From a virus (taxonomy: Duplodnaviria; Caudoviricetes), in the IMG/VR virus record IMGVR_UViG_3300009661_000072, positions 1 through 25,338 of that record: a DNA stretch of 25,338 nt; one strand, given 5' to 3'. A program made the translations under genes and the position numbers. This document shows, piece after piece, positions 8,451 through 15,829 of this stretch; the stretch's first letter is position 1, and every line of letters starts with the position of its first letter. Below the pieces are notes generated by a model. The model had not been told where the DNA came from, searched no databases, and saw only the letters and a program-made list of their open reading frames with translations.

Positions 8451-8657
8451 GTGTCTAGCGGTAATACCAACAACAAATCAGCAAAAAAAAATATCCGTTT
8501 CCCGCATGAGTTAATTGAAGAAATAGACGTTAGTGTTGAGCGCGAGAAGTTAGAAAATCCCAGCGCTAACTTTTCGTCTTGGGTACTGGACGCATGTGAG
8601 AGAAAGCTCAAAACAGAACAGCGTAAGAAAACCCAGCAAGGGGCTGTTAAGGACTGA
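8451..8657 (+). CDS. YlcI/YnfO-family ribbon-helix-helix regulator
   Basis: 68 aa: NNKSAKKNIRFPHELIEEI...NFSSWVLDACERKL, with the beta-strand/helix/helix pattern of this family. Confidence 0.75.
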   Translation: MSSGNTNNKSAKKNIRFPHELIEEIDVSVEREKLENPSANFSSWVLDACERKLKTEQRKKTQQGAVKD

Positions 8658-8776
8658 TTGCTCTCTAGGATCATTTGCATAAAAACACTCTTCTGAATAC
8701 ATATAATATTCAGTTTTATATCCAACGTGAATTTACAATATCTCTCTCTGATTAATATGGCGGGAGATATTGGTAT

Positions 8777-8989
8777 TTATGAATGCCGCTGCAACTTCTG
8801 ATTTTCAATCCATTCTTCAATTTCGTTTTCAATCCAAGCCACAGTTCTAATTCCCGTTTTAACCTGTTTGGGGAATAAATCCATTTTTATATCCTCATAA
8901 ATTCTTGTTCTTGATTTTCCCGTTATCTCCATAACTTTTGGTAATCGGATTAACCTATTCGAAGTTGTACTTTGGGACTGCTGAAACAT
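8777..8989 (-). CDS. alpA: AlpA-family transcriptional regulator/excisionase
   Basis: RLIRLPKVMEITGKSRTRIYEDIKMDLFPKQVKTGIRTVAWIENEIEEWI, canonical AlpA pattern. Confidence 0.92.
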   Translation of the reverse strand: MFQQSQSTTSNRLIRLPKVMEITGKSRTRIYEDIKMDLFPKQVKTGIRTVAWIENEIEEWIENQKLQRHS

Positions 8990-9291
8990 AATTTCTCCAT
9001 ATACTTGCTAAGTGTTTATGCAATCCCGTAAGTCTTGGTTGCTTGCGGGACGTAAAAATAATAAACAAAACTTAGTTGCCTTGTAAAATTGACAGTAATT
9101 ACAATAGATTGACAAAATTACAAACCAAATGAATAAGAGAAATAGACCACTATAAGCAGCTATAAGGTTCTAATTAGTTCTGAAAAGATTTAATAAAGTT
9201 AGGAGAACATATCTGGAGTGATAATCGTGCCGCTTCATTGTTGAAAATATAATCATTAGAACAATAAAACGGACTTTTTTATGATCATTTT

Positions 9292-9307
9292 TGTGATGGG
9301 TATCACA
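9292..9307. promoter_or_regulatory. CRP-type binding site
   Basis: TGTGA-TGGGTA-TCACA followed by TTT, a perfect TGTGA-N6-TCACA match. Confidence 0.6.
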
Positions 9308-9418
9308 TTTGTCGAATGTGATTTTTAGGAGTTAGAAGGAATTTAACTCAGCACGATTTTTTATCATATTTTTCATTAAGTTATGTCAGCATGTCACTGG
9401 GGGGTAAAATGACACATC

Positions 9419-9473
9419 ATAATATATTGTTTTTAAAGGTATTTTTAAAAGGCGTGTCCACATAATGTCCACG
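9419..9473 (-). other. P2-Int-type arm-site repeats plus IHF-like site (att arm)
   Basis: TGTCCACA (9455-9462) and TGTCCACG (9466-9473), 11-bp period, read CGTGGACA-TTA-TGTGGACA on the minus strand. Followed by AAACAATATATTA, one mismatch to IHF WATCAANNNNTTR. Confidence 0.65.
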
Positions 9474-9484
9474 CCTGAAAGTTG

Positions 9485-10720
9485 CTATTTTTTCTCCCAT
9501 ATAAAAGCATAGGGAGGGATAAATTCCTCTCTACATGCATCGAGATAATCAGCCCACCATTGCAGCATTGGCCGTCGTTCTTCCATATGCTCAGCTTTAT
9601 GGATGTAAGCAGCTCTTACGCTGTTCCTTTCCTGATGGCTCATTTGGCGCTCTACCGCATCACGTGACCATCTTCCCGACTCAATGAGTGCACTACACGC
9701 CATAGCTCTAAAACCATGGCCGCAGACCTCAGTTTTAGTGTCAAAACCCATTGTGCGTAATGCTTTGTTAATGGTGTTTTCGCTCATTGGCTTATGCTGA
9801 TAATGATCGCCGGGAAACATTAAAACCTCATCGCCAGAAAGTGGCTCTAATTCCTCTATTAATCCCAGCGCCTGAGTCGATAAAGGAATGAGGTGAGGCA
9901 TTTTCATTTTGCTGCCGCGATAAGAGAATCGAACCTTTTCTAGTTCCTCCCTATGTGCAGGAATCTCCCAAATCAAATGCTCTTTGTTAATTTCACTCCA
10001 GCGCGAAAATCTCAGTTCGCTGGAACGAATAAAAATTAATAGATTTAGCTTAACCGCGATCTTAGTCAGATTCCTGCCGCGATAATTTTCGATTCTATTT
10101 AACAACTCGGGGATTCTTTCAAGGGGCAGGGCTGGCCGATGTTGAGATTTATGGGTCTCTATCGCCCCTGTTAGCTCTTGCGCAGGGTTGTATTTTATAA
10201 GGCCGCCTTGCACTGCGTATCTCATTATTGAAGTCGTGCGTTGTTGTAGCCGAGAAGCCAGCTCATGTTTTCCATCTTCTTCAATTGCTCTTAGCGGCGC
10301 TAAAAGATCTTGGGTGGTTAGCTGATTAATGGGCTTATTTCCAATGATGGGAAATAGGTGTGTCTCGAACGCACGGATTACATTAAGCGAATGCAGGGGA
10401 GACCACGTTTTCTTTCTGGCGTGCCACTCACGGGCAATGTCTTCGAATGAGGTTATTTTTTCTTGCGGTGTGTGTAGGGGATCGATCCCCAGAGACAGAC
10501 TTTTCAGTAATTCGTCACGTGCTTTTCTGGCTTCAGCAAGAGACATAAGCGGGTACACGCCTAAAGCTCGCGTGGTGTCCTTGCCGTTAATGGTACGCCT
10601 GAATCGCCAATATCGGGAACCATTGGTGTGAACAAGAAGGTACAAACCATTGGAATCACTTAATTTATAAGACTTTTCTTTTGGCTTGGCGCTCCTGATA
10701 GCTGTATCGGTTAACGGCAT
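9485..10720 (-). CDS. int: P4-family tyrosine integrase
   Basis: MPLTDTAIRSAKPKEKSYKLSDSNGLYLLV arm-binding domain; catalytic IRSSELR, HGFR, MSHQ, RAAY; starts just downstream of the tRNA 3' end. Confidence 0.95.
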   Translation of the reverse strand: MPLTDTAIRSAKPKEKSYKLSDSNGLYLLVHTNGSRYWRFRRTINGKDTTRALGVYPLMSLAEARKARDELLKSLSLGIDPLHTPQEKITSFEDIAREWHARKKTWSPLHSLNVIRAFETHLFPIIGNKPINQLTTQDLLAPLRAIEEDGKHELASRLQQRTTSIMRYAVQGGLIKYNPAQELTGAIETHKSQHRPALPLERIPELLNRIENYRGRNLTKIAVKLNLLIFIRSSELRFSRWSEINKEHLIWEIPAHREELEKVRFSYRGSKMKMPHLIPLSTQALGLIEELEPLSGDEVLMFPGDHYQHKPMSENTINKALRTMGFDTKTEVCGHGFRAMACSALIESGRWSRDAVERQMSHQERNSVRAAYIHKAEHMEERRPMLQWWADYLDACREEFIPPYAFIWEKK

Positions 10721-10737
10721 GGGTTTTCCTTAGTTCG

Positions 10738-10890
10738 ACGGGTACAAAATGCATCGAACCGATTATACCCGTATTTATACCCGAGAAAAAATGGGCTGTA
10801 GTGGGTTTTTAGGGGACTAAGTGGGACGTCATTTTAGCTTTAATTGATGATTTATATGGTTTTTATGAACTTGGTGGGATGTGGTGGAAT
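10738..10890. repeat. Satellite att-arm repeats (Int arm sites and phased xis/AlpA-type repeats)
   Basis: TTATACCCG at 10763-10771 and 10775-10783, inverted CGGGTA near 10739. GGG-containing units at 10791, 10801, 10811, 10821 with 10-bp period. Confidence 0.6.
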
Positions 10891-10897
10891 GTCGTTA

Positions 10898-10972
10898 TGG
10901 TGTCCCCTACAGGAATCGAACCTGTAACTAGCCCTTAGGAGGGGCTTGTTATATCCGTTTAACTAAGGAGAC
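10898..10972 (-). tRNA. argW: tRNA-Arg(CCT)
   Basis: GTCTCCTTAGTTAAACGGATATAACAAGCCCCTCCTAAGGGCTAGTTACAGGTTCGATTCCTGTAGGGGACACCA: 75 nt, full cloverleaf, CCT anticodon, CCA end. Confidence 0.97.
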
Positions 10973-11011
10973 TTTGAGCGGTGGCGTTCCATTTTGTTCG
11001 CCTATGTTTCT

Positions 11012-11041
11012 ATCCTACCGTAAAACCTCATGTTTTTACAA
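11012..11041 (-). promoter_or_regulatory. Putative phage-supplied promoter for the tRNA-Arg
   Basis: Minus strand TTGTAA (11041-11036), 18 bp, TAGGAT (11017-11012), about 40 bp before the tRNA 5' end. Confidence 0.5.
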
Positions 11042-11110
11042 GTCTTACGTTCCTAATCGTTCTCATGCGTTTCCGTTCATTTCACCTTGATATCGCTTCG
11101 TTCACTTGCC

Positions 11111-11132
11111 ATTGAGTACAGATTGAGTACAG
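11111..11132. repeat. Prophage integrase arm-type tandem repeat
   Basis: ATTGAGTACAG twice in perfect tandem, partial GTGTACAG at 11148, and several CGTT(C/T) units between 10985 and 11103. Confidence 0.6.
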
Positions 11133-11165
11133 AATGTTTTAAACAGTGTGTACAGGAAACTTATT

Positions 11166-12335
11166 GTGGCTTTAAGCGATACCAAACTTAGAAGCATCAA
11201 CGGCAAAGCCTATACTGGACCGGCTGAAGTTACTGACAGTGATGGCTTGAGTGCCAGAATTACGCCGACTGGGACGATAGCTTTTCAATATCGTTTTCGC
11301 TGGCAGGGTAAGGCAACCCGCATCACTATTGGTCGTTATCCATCGACATCACTGAAAGACGCTCGTGTAGCAGTCGGCGAGATGCGCGCATTGTACATGA
11401 AGGGGATAAACCCCAAAACCTATTTTGCCAGTAGTGCTGGCGAGATGACTCTTAAAGACTGCCTTGATCAGTGGTGGGATAAGTATGTCACAGGGTTGAA
11501 AGAGAATACGCGGATCCTGTATCGGTCAGTCGTGTACAACACTATGTACACAGAATTCCTGGATGTGCCTGTTGCAGATGTACCCATAGCGATGTGGGTG
11601 AAGTTTTTCGATAAGCAGGAAGCTCTGAACAAAAAGAAAGCCCGCGTTCTGTTAACCCAGCTCAGATCAGTTATGAACTGGTGTATCAGTCGTCAGCTAA
11701 TCCCGTCCTGTGAGTTAATGAAACTCAGCGTGAAAAATATCGGCAAGAAGGCGGATGTTGGGGATCGGGTTCTCACTTACTCTGAATTAGCAAAAGTCTG
11801 GTTAGCACTCGAAAATAACAAAGTGTTTTCCTCAAACAAGCTGCTGCACCAAATGCTTCTACTTTGGGGGGCCCGACTATCTGAACTGCGACTGGCAACA
11901 AGCGAAGAGTTCAACGTGAGCGATTTCATTTGGACTACTCCATCTATTCACTCAAAGATGGGCAACATTATTCGGCGTCCAATATTTGAGCAGATGAAAC
12001 CCTACGTGGATAGATTATTAAATTCAGGGAACAGAATTCTATTCCCTGGTCAGGAGCTTGATAAGTCAATCGACCGCTCCTCATCAAATACCTATATGAA
12101 AAAATTAAGGGCCACGATTGATATCCCTGAGTGGCGCACCCATGATTTTCGCCGTTCATTAGTGACGAATTTATCAAGTGAAGGGGTGATGCCCCACGTT
12201 ACAGAGAAGATGCTGGGTCACGAGCTGGGAGGCGTTATGGCTGTTTATAATAAGCACGATTGGTTAGAGGATCAGCGTAAAGCATATGAGCTCTACGCTG
12301 ATAAGATTTTCTGGCACATTAAACAGCTCGGTTAA
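11166..12335 (+). CDS. int: Prophage tyrosine integrase
   Basis: (M)ALSDTKLRSI...DSDGLSARITPTG arm domain; GARLSEL, HDFRR, LGH, MAVY. GTG start at 11166 behind CAGGA preferred to 11148. Confidence 0.93.
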   Translation: MALSDTKLRSINGKAYTGPAEVTDSDGLSARITPTGTIAFQYRFRWQGKATRITIGRYPSTSLKDARVAVGEMRALYMKGINPKTYFASSAGEMTLKDCLDQWWDKYVTGLKENTRILYRSVVYNTMYTEFLDVPVADVPIAMWVKFFDKQEALNKKKARVLLTQLRSVMNWCISRQLIPSCELMKLSVKNIGKKADVGDRVLTYSELAKVWLALENNKVFSSNKLLHQMLLLWGARLSELRLATSEEFNVSDFIWTTPSIHSKMGNIIRRPIFEQMKPYVDRLLNSGNRILFPGQELDKSIDRSSSNTYMKKLRATIDIPEWRTHDFRRSLVTNLSSEGVMPHVTEKMLGHELGGVMAVYNKHDWLEDQRKAYELYADKIFWHIKQLG

Positions 12336-12501
12336 CGCCGCCGTCATTGATCCATTTTTCAACAGCCACACGACTGTATCGGGCGGGATGAGTGAGGACA
12401 GGGGCAGGAAAGCCGTGATTCTTCTTCAACCGCCACAATGCAGTTTTCCGCTTGCCAAGCGTTGCCATTACTTCTGCTTCACTCATAAAATCAGTGCTCA
12501 T
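12319..12501 (-). CDS. xis: AlpA-like excisionase
   Basis: 60-aa wHTH (EVMATLGKRKTALWRLKKNHGFPAPV...VEKW), convergent with and overlapping the int 3' end. Confidence 0.8.
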   Translation of the reverse strand: MSTDFMSEAEVMATLGKRKTALWRLKKNHGFPAPVLTHPARYSRVAVEKWINDGGVNRAV

Positions 12502-12866
12502 TTTCCCACCTCCGGATCTACTCTACGTTTCTTTGTACCACTCAGGCCTACCGCTTCGATCTCCTTATAAACGTCTCTTTCATAACGTCTATGCTGAAAA
12601 ACGCCTTCGAACCAATATTCAACATCATCTACATCGGGGATGCTCACAGAAGGCTTTTCATGAAGCATGATACCTCTCGATGTACCCCGCCTAACCGTCA
12701 AATACCCCTTTTTCTGCAATGCGGCCAGCTTCAAATGAGCATTGTTGGCTGAACTCCATCCCATCCCCTGAGATATTTCGCTTTGCGTAGGAGGGATGCC
12801 ATTTTTCCGTTGATACTCCTTGATGAAATCCAACGTAGCTTGCTGCGCTTGAGTTAATTCGTTCAT
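12498..12866 (-). CDS. LexA DNA-binding-domain protein without peptidase domain
   Basis: LTQAQQATLDFIKEYQRKNGIPPTQSEISQGMGWSSANNAHLKLAALQKKGYL..SRGI aligns with LexA residues 1-70. No Ala-Gly site or Ser/Lys dyad follows. Confidence 0.85.
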   Translation of the reverse strand: MNELTQAQQATLDFIKEYQRKNGIPPTQSEISQGMGWSSANNAHLKLAALQKKGYLTVRRGTSRGIMLHEKPSVSIPDVDDVEYWFEGVFQHRRYERDVYKEIEAVGLSGTKKRRVDPEVGK

Positions 12867-12867
12867 A

Positions 12868-13131
12868 TCACACAGCTCCTATCGCTTTCTGAACTACCCG
12901 ATAACCCCGTTTCCGGGGCTTTTTCTTCGGACTAATTTTCGCTGCAGCCACCCGTGGTCGTGGCGGCTCTGGCTCATGAATGCCGGTGCGCATTCGATAC
13001 TTCTCTCGCATCTTCCACGCGTTCCATGCCGTCCAGTCGCATCCGTCATCAATTTCGACGGTGGCCTGAATTAATTTATCGTTCAGGTCCACCCGCTGAT
13101 TTTTCGAAACTCTGTGCATGGTCGGCATCAC
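12868..13131 (-). CDS. Hypothetical phage protein with basic C-terminus
   Basis: 87-aa ORF tightly coupled to both neighbours. Confidence 0.65.
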   Translation of the reverse strand: MMPTMHRVSKNQRVDLNDKLIQATVEIDDGCDWTAWNAWKMREKYRMRTGIHEPEPPRPRVAAAKISPKKKPRKRGYRVVQKAIGAV

Positions 13132-13451
13132 GTTGCCACCTTGTTATAACCAGCGTTGATGATTTCTTTAGCGATACTGGCTGGTGTAGAAGTTTCTAAC
13201 CACTCAGCTTCCTGAACAACGCGATTCAATTCGCCCAAAAGCACAGACTTGTAGGTTTCAGGCCAATACTCACTGGGAATATCGTTTGCGCTTTGCTCAC
13301 CAATAAGTTCGATAGCCAGCAGAGCAGCTTCCTCAGCAGATTTTTCAGGTTTGCGGTAGCCGTCGCCCCAAACTGCGCTGGTGATATCGCCCGGATCTGC
13401 TCCAGCCATTTTGATGATTTTAGCCAGTTCAAAAACGTTAGTTTTTACCAT
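13128..13451 (-). CDS. Hypothetical phage protein
   Basis: Start re-placed at MVKTNV (ATG 13451) to avoid overlap with the upstream gene; 107 aa. Confidence 0.65.
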   Translation of the reverse strand: MVKTNVFELAKIIKMAGADPGDITSAVWGDGYRKPEKSAEEAALLAIELIGEQSANDIPSEYWPETYKSVLLGELNRVVQEAEWLETSTPASIAKEIINAGYNKVAT

Positions 13452-13486
13452 TGCATGTCCGCCCCAAGCTGCCGAGCCACTTCCTC

Positions 13487-13849
13487 TTAGCCCATGTCCT
13501 CTAACATTTCTCCAAATCGGTTCAAGCAAGCGCTGATCCACTGAATACCGCGAGGCTTTAAGGTGGGGATTGCTCCCCAGTTAACGAAAAAACCTCTTGG
13601 CGCTTTCTTCATTTCATCCAAGTTTAAAATTCTCAGGTAGCGATTCAGTCGCATAGCGTCAGACATACCATTTTCTTGGAGATGGGTGTCAATGAAGGCC
13701 GCCAGTGAAGTCCGGTCAATCGCAAAGTCTCCATACTTGTGCCGGTACACCGGTCTGCGGTGCATGGCAATCTGGTGATACATAAACGCTTCACACACCA
13801 GATTAAGAACCTGAGTCACCCGGGCGCTTCTAATCTTTCCCATATTCAT
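13487..13849 (-). CDS. Hypothetical phage protein
   Basis: 120 aa, ATGA-coupled to the upstream gene. Confidence 0.7.
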   Translation of the reverse strand: MNMGKIRSARVTQVLNLVCEAFMYHQIAMHRRPVYRHKYGDFAIDRTSLAAFIDTHLQENGMSDAMRLNRYLRILNLDEMKKAPRGFFVNWGAIPTLKPRGIQWISACLNRFGEMLEDMG

Positions 13850-14067
13850 CGTTCCAGCTCCTTAACCACCACTTTGTAGGCCCGCATGACCTTAGGTGTG
13901 CGACCGGTGATCAGAGTTGTACGGCGAATAATGCCAGTGCTGGTGGCTCTCACATCGGAGTGAAGCAATGCGGCATCAACGCACCGATTGTGCTGGCGCA
14001 CCATCGGTAGCCAGCTGGTTAGCGTCAGCGTGGCCGTAATGCCGTGGATCTGATAGTCGATTTGCAT
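13846..14067 (-). CDS. Hypothetical phage protein
   Basis: 73 aa, translationally coupled on both sides. Confidence 0.7.
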   Translation of the reverse strand: MQIDYQIHGITATLTLTSWLPMVRQHNRCVDAALLHSDVRATSTGIIRRTTLITGRTPKVMRAYKVVVKELER

Positions 14068-14900
14068 TATTTGGCCTCCGGCGTTACTTCAGACGATTTC
14101 AGACGCAATGAAAATCCACCGAATTCAGGGTGCTGCCAGCGTTTAAGCTTACCTGTTGGTGGCGTGGATTCATCAAGCAGCGTCTGGGCTGCCGACATGA
14201 ACGAGGCGCGGTGGATCATCAAGTGTCCGCGCTCAACACCGGTCAAAGATGTGGGCAGGGCGGAAAAGGTGGACAGACGACGACAGGCACTGTCTGACAG
14301 TCCTGAAATCCATGACAGTTCGGAGACAAGCGCATACTCAGATGGACTGCCGGCAAATTCTTGATGGTTGACCTGCAAGCTTTCCGGCGCTGGAGGTGCG
14401 GCGACAATGGTTGGTTCGCTCAATGCCAATGGTTGCGATTTCTGGATGCCAACGATATCGATCACTGCCTTCATTGTTGCTGTTGCAGTTGCTTCGGCCA
14501 CAACGCGGGCCAGTGAGAGAATGTCATTATTCATGCTAGTTTCCTGAGGTGCTGATTGTTGTCCAAGGCGGAGTTGAGAAACTTCGTTTTCCAATTCTTG
14601 CCACTGGTCTACCAGCGTGGCGGTGAACTCAGGGCTGAGCTGAGCGACTACAACAATGCTGTCGCGTTTACCCTGCTCACCCTTGAAGTTGTAGTACTCA
14701 CGGGTGACGACAAGACCTAAGTTATTGATTTCTTCGAAAACCTGCGTTGCAGGGAGTCGGATTACGCCTCGTTCTGCAAGCCGATCGATGGAGGCTTTGA
14801 CGTTGTCAGGGCGAGAGCCCACGAGATCAGCGATCTGCTTGTGGTTCATGGACATCTGCTTGCCGGTAAAGGTGATTTCAGTTTTATTGGTCATGTTCAT
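14067..14900 (-). CDS. Rha-family phage regulatory protein
   Basis: MNHKQIADLVGSRPDNVKASIDRLAERGVI...GKRDSIVVVAQLSPEFTATLVDQWQELE, Rha pattern. Start at ATG 14900 behind AAGGA. Confidence 0.85.
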   Translation of the reverse strand: MNMTNKTEITFTGKQMSMNHKQIADLVGSRPDNVKASIDRLAERGVIRLPATQVFEEINNLGLVVTREYYNFKGEQGKRDSIVVVAQLSPEFTATLVDQWQELENEVSQLRLGQQSAPQETSMNNDILSLARVVAEATATATMKAVIDIVGIQKSQPLALSEPTIVAAPPAPESLQVNHQEFAGSPSEYALVSELSWISGLSDSACRRLSTFSALPTSLTGVERGHLMIHRASFMSAAQTLLDESTPPTGKLKRWQHPEFGGFSLRLKSSEVTPEAK

Positions 14901-14904
14901 TTCC

Positions 14905-15414
14905 TTAGTGGCGGACTGGTGCCGATGGCATCTGATAGTCATTGCTACGGATCTCTGCGCACATCGCCGTAAAAACGTCATCCAGCAGCTCAGTCAACTT
15001 GGCGCGGTCTTCTTCTTTGTTGAGTTCATGACCCATGTAGAAATAAACAACAGCTTCGTCTGGCGCGTATTTTTTGTTCTCCATGAGGATCGGCTCAATG
15101 TGTGTGACCAAAGCTGCTTCGATCACTTTTCCCGTGATGCCGAGGGAAATATCACCACTGATAAACACCGGTGCGTCGTGCTTTACCCCCCATCGATGCT
15201 CGCAGGCCATCAGGTATACGGTGGCGACGCTGGAGCGCAGGATTTCTGTCAGAATTTGGTTAAACTCTCTTTGCTGCTTCGCGTTCATTTTTTTCGCCTG
15301 AGCAACGGCGCTTACGTCTTTCATCCATGCTGGCACTTTAAATTTTCCGCCAGACCGTTCTTCCGCCTCTGTGATTCTTGCAATAAGGTCTTTCGCTTGT
15401 TTACGTGAGTTCAT
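14905..15414 (-). CDS. Hypothetical phage protein (paralogue of 15829-16200)
   Basis: 169 aa, ATGA-coupled; shares YL..C...G, IT..., HIE and AVV..Y blocks with 15829-16200. Confidence 0.7.
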   Translation of the reverse strand: MNSRKQAKDLIARITEAEERSGGKFKVPAWMKDVSAVAQAKKMNAKQQREFNQILTEILRSSVATVYLMACEHRWGVKHDAPVFISGDISLGITGKVIEAALVTHIEPILMENKKYAPDEAVVYFYMGHELNKEEDRAKLTELLDDVFTAMCAEIRSNDYQMPSAPVRH

Positions 15415-15632
15415 TTTCTGTCCTTCTGTGCGTTATATTTTTCGTGGCTCATTAGCTGCCAGTTCTTGCCGTTGTCTTTCGATAGCAGTCGCCAGCGGTG
15501 ATTTACTTTGAGAGATAGGTTCCCCGTTCCGATGATTCGCAGCGGGTTTAATCGCTGTTTCCGGTACTGACTCAGCACGACCACCGCCCGGTCATGCACC
15601 CACTCTGGAACTCGGATTGCAGTTAATGTCAT
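15411..15632 (-). CDS. Small basic protein, possibly ParE/RelE-like fold
   Basis: 73 aa from ATG 15632: LSLKVNHRWRLLSKDNGKNWQLMSHEKYN resembles the RelE/ParE C-terminal strand pattern. Confidence 0.55.
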   Translation of the reverse strand: MTLTAIRVPEWVHDRAVVVLSQYRKQRLNPLRIIGTGNLSLKVNHRWRLLSKDNGKNWQLMSHEKYNAQKDRK

Positions 15633-15634
15633 GG

Positions 15635-15829
15635 TTACAAAGCCTCCGGCTTGCCTTTGTACTTCGCCTGGTAAGAACATCGAGCGGCGCTGGTGGCGCA
15701 CTGATCTCGCTCTTTTTCGGTCAGGCCCAGTGCAAGCGCCTCTCGCCAAGCCACTGCTGCGCGGCGGTGCAGGCTCTGCCCTTCGAGTTCTTCCGCTTTG
15801 CCGCATAGCGTTGCGAACAGGGAAGCCAT
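15635..15829 (-). CDS. PerC-like small regulator
   Basis: KAEELEGQSLHRRAAVAWREAL resembles the PerC-family AEELE..GL.RRAA..W motif. Confidence 0.55.
   Translation of the reverse strand: MASLFATLCGKAEELEGQSLHRRAAVAWREALALGLTEKERDQCATSAARCSYQAKYKGKPEAL

Larger units (their letters stand above)
1..10897 (-). mobile_element. Phage satellite (P4-like/PICI-like hybrid) integrated at the 3' end of tRNA-Arg(CCT); far end lies outside the window
   Basis: P4-family int next to the tRNA 3' end, then alpA, icd-like, primase-helicase, iterons, sid-like gene and P2-type cos. No capsid or tail genes. No duplicated tRNA 3' end seen, so the element extends left of base 1. Confidence 0.9.

Noticed and set aside
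8252-8725. 225-aa long version of the icd-like ORF
   Set aside because: The extension overlaps the ylcI-like gene on the other strand plus the promoter and operators; family similarity covers only the last 67 aa.
14704-15408. 234-aa plus-strand ORF
   Set aside because: Antisense to a tightly coupled minus-strand operon; no recognisable domain.
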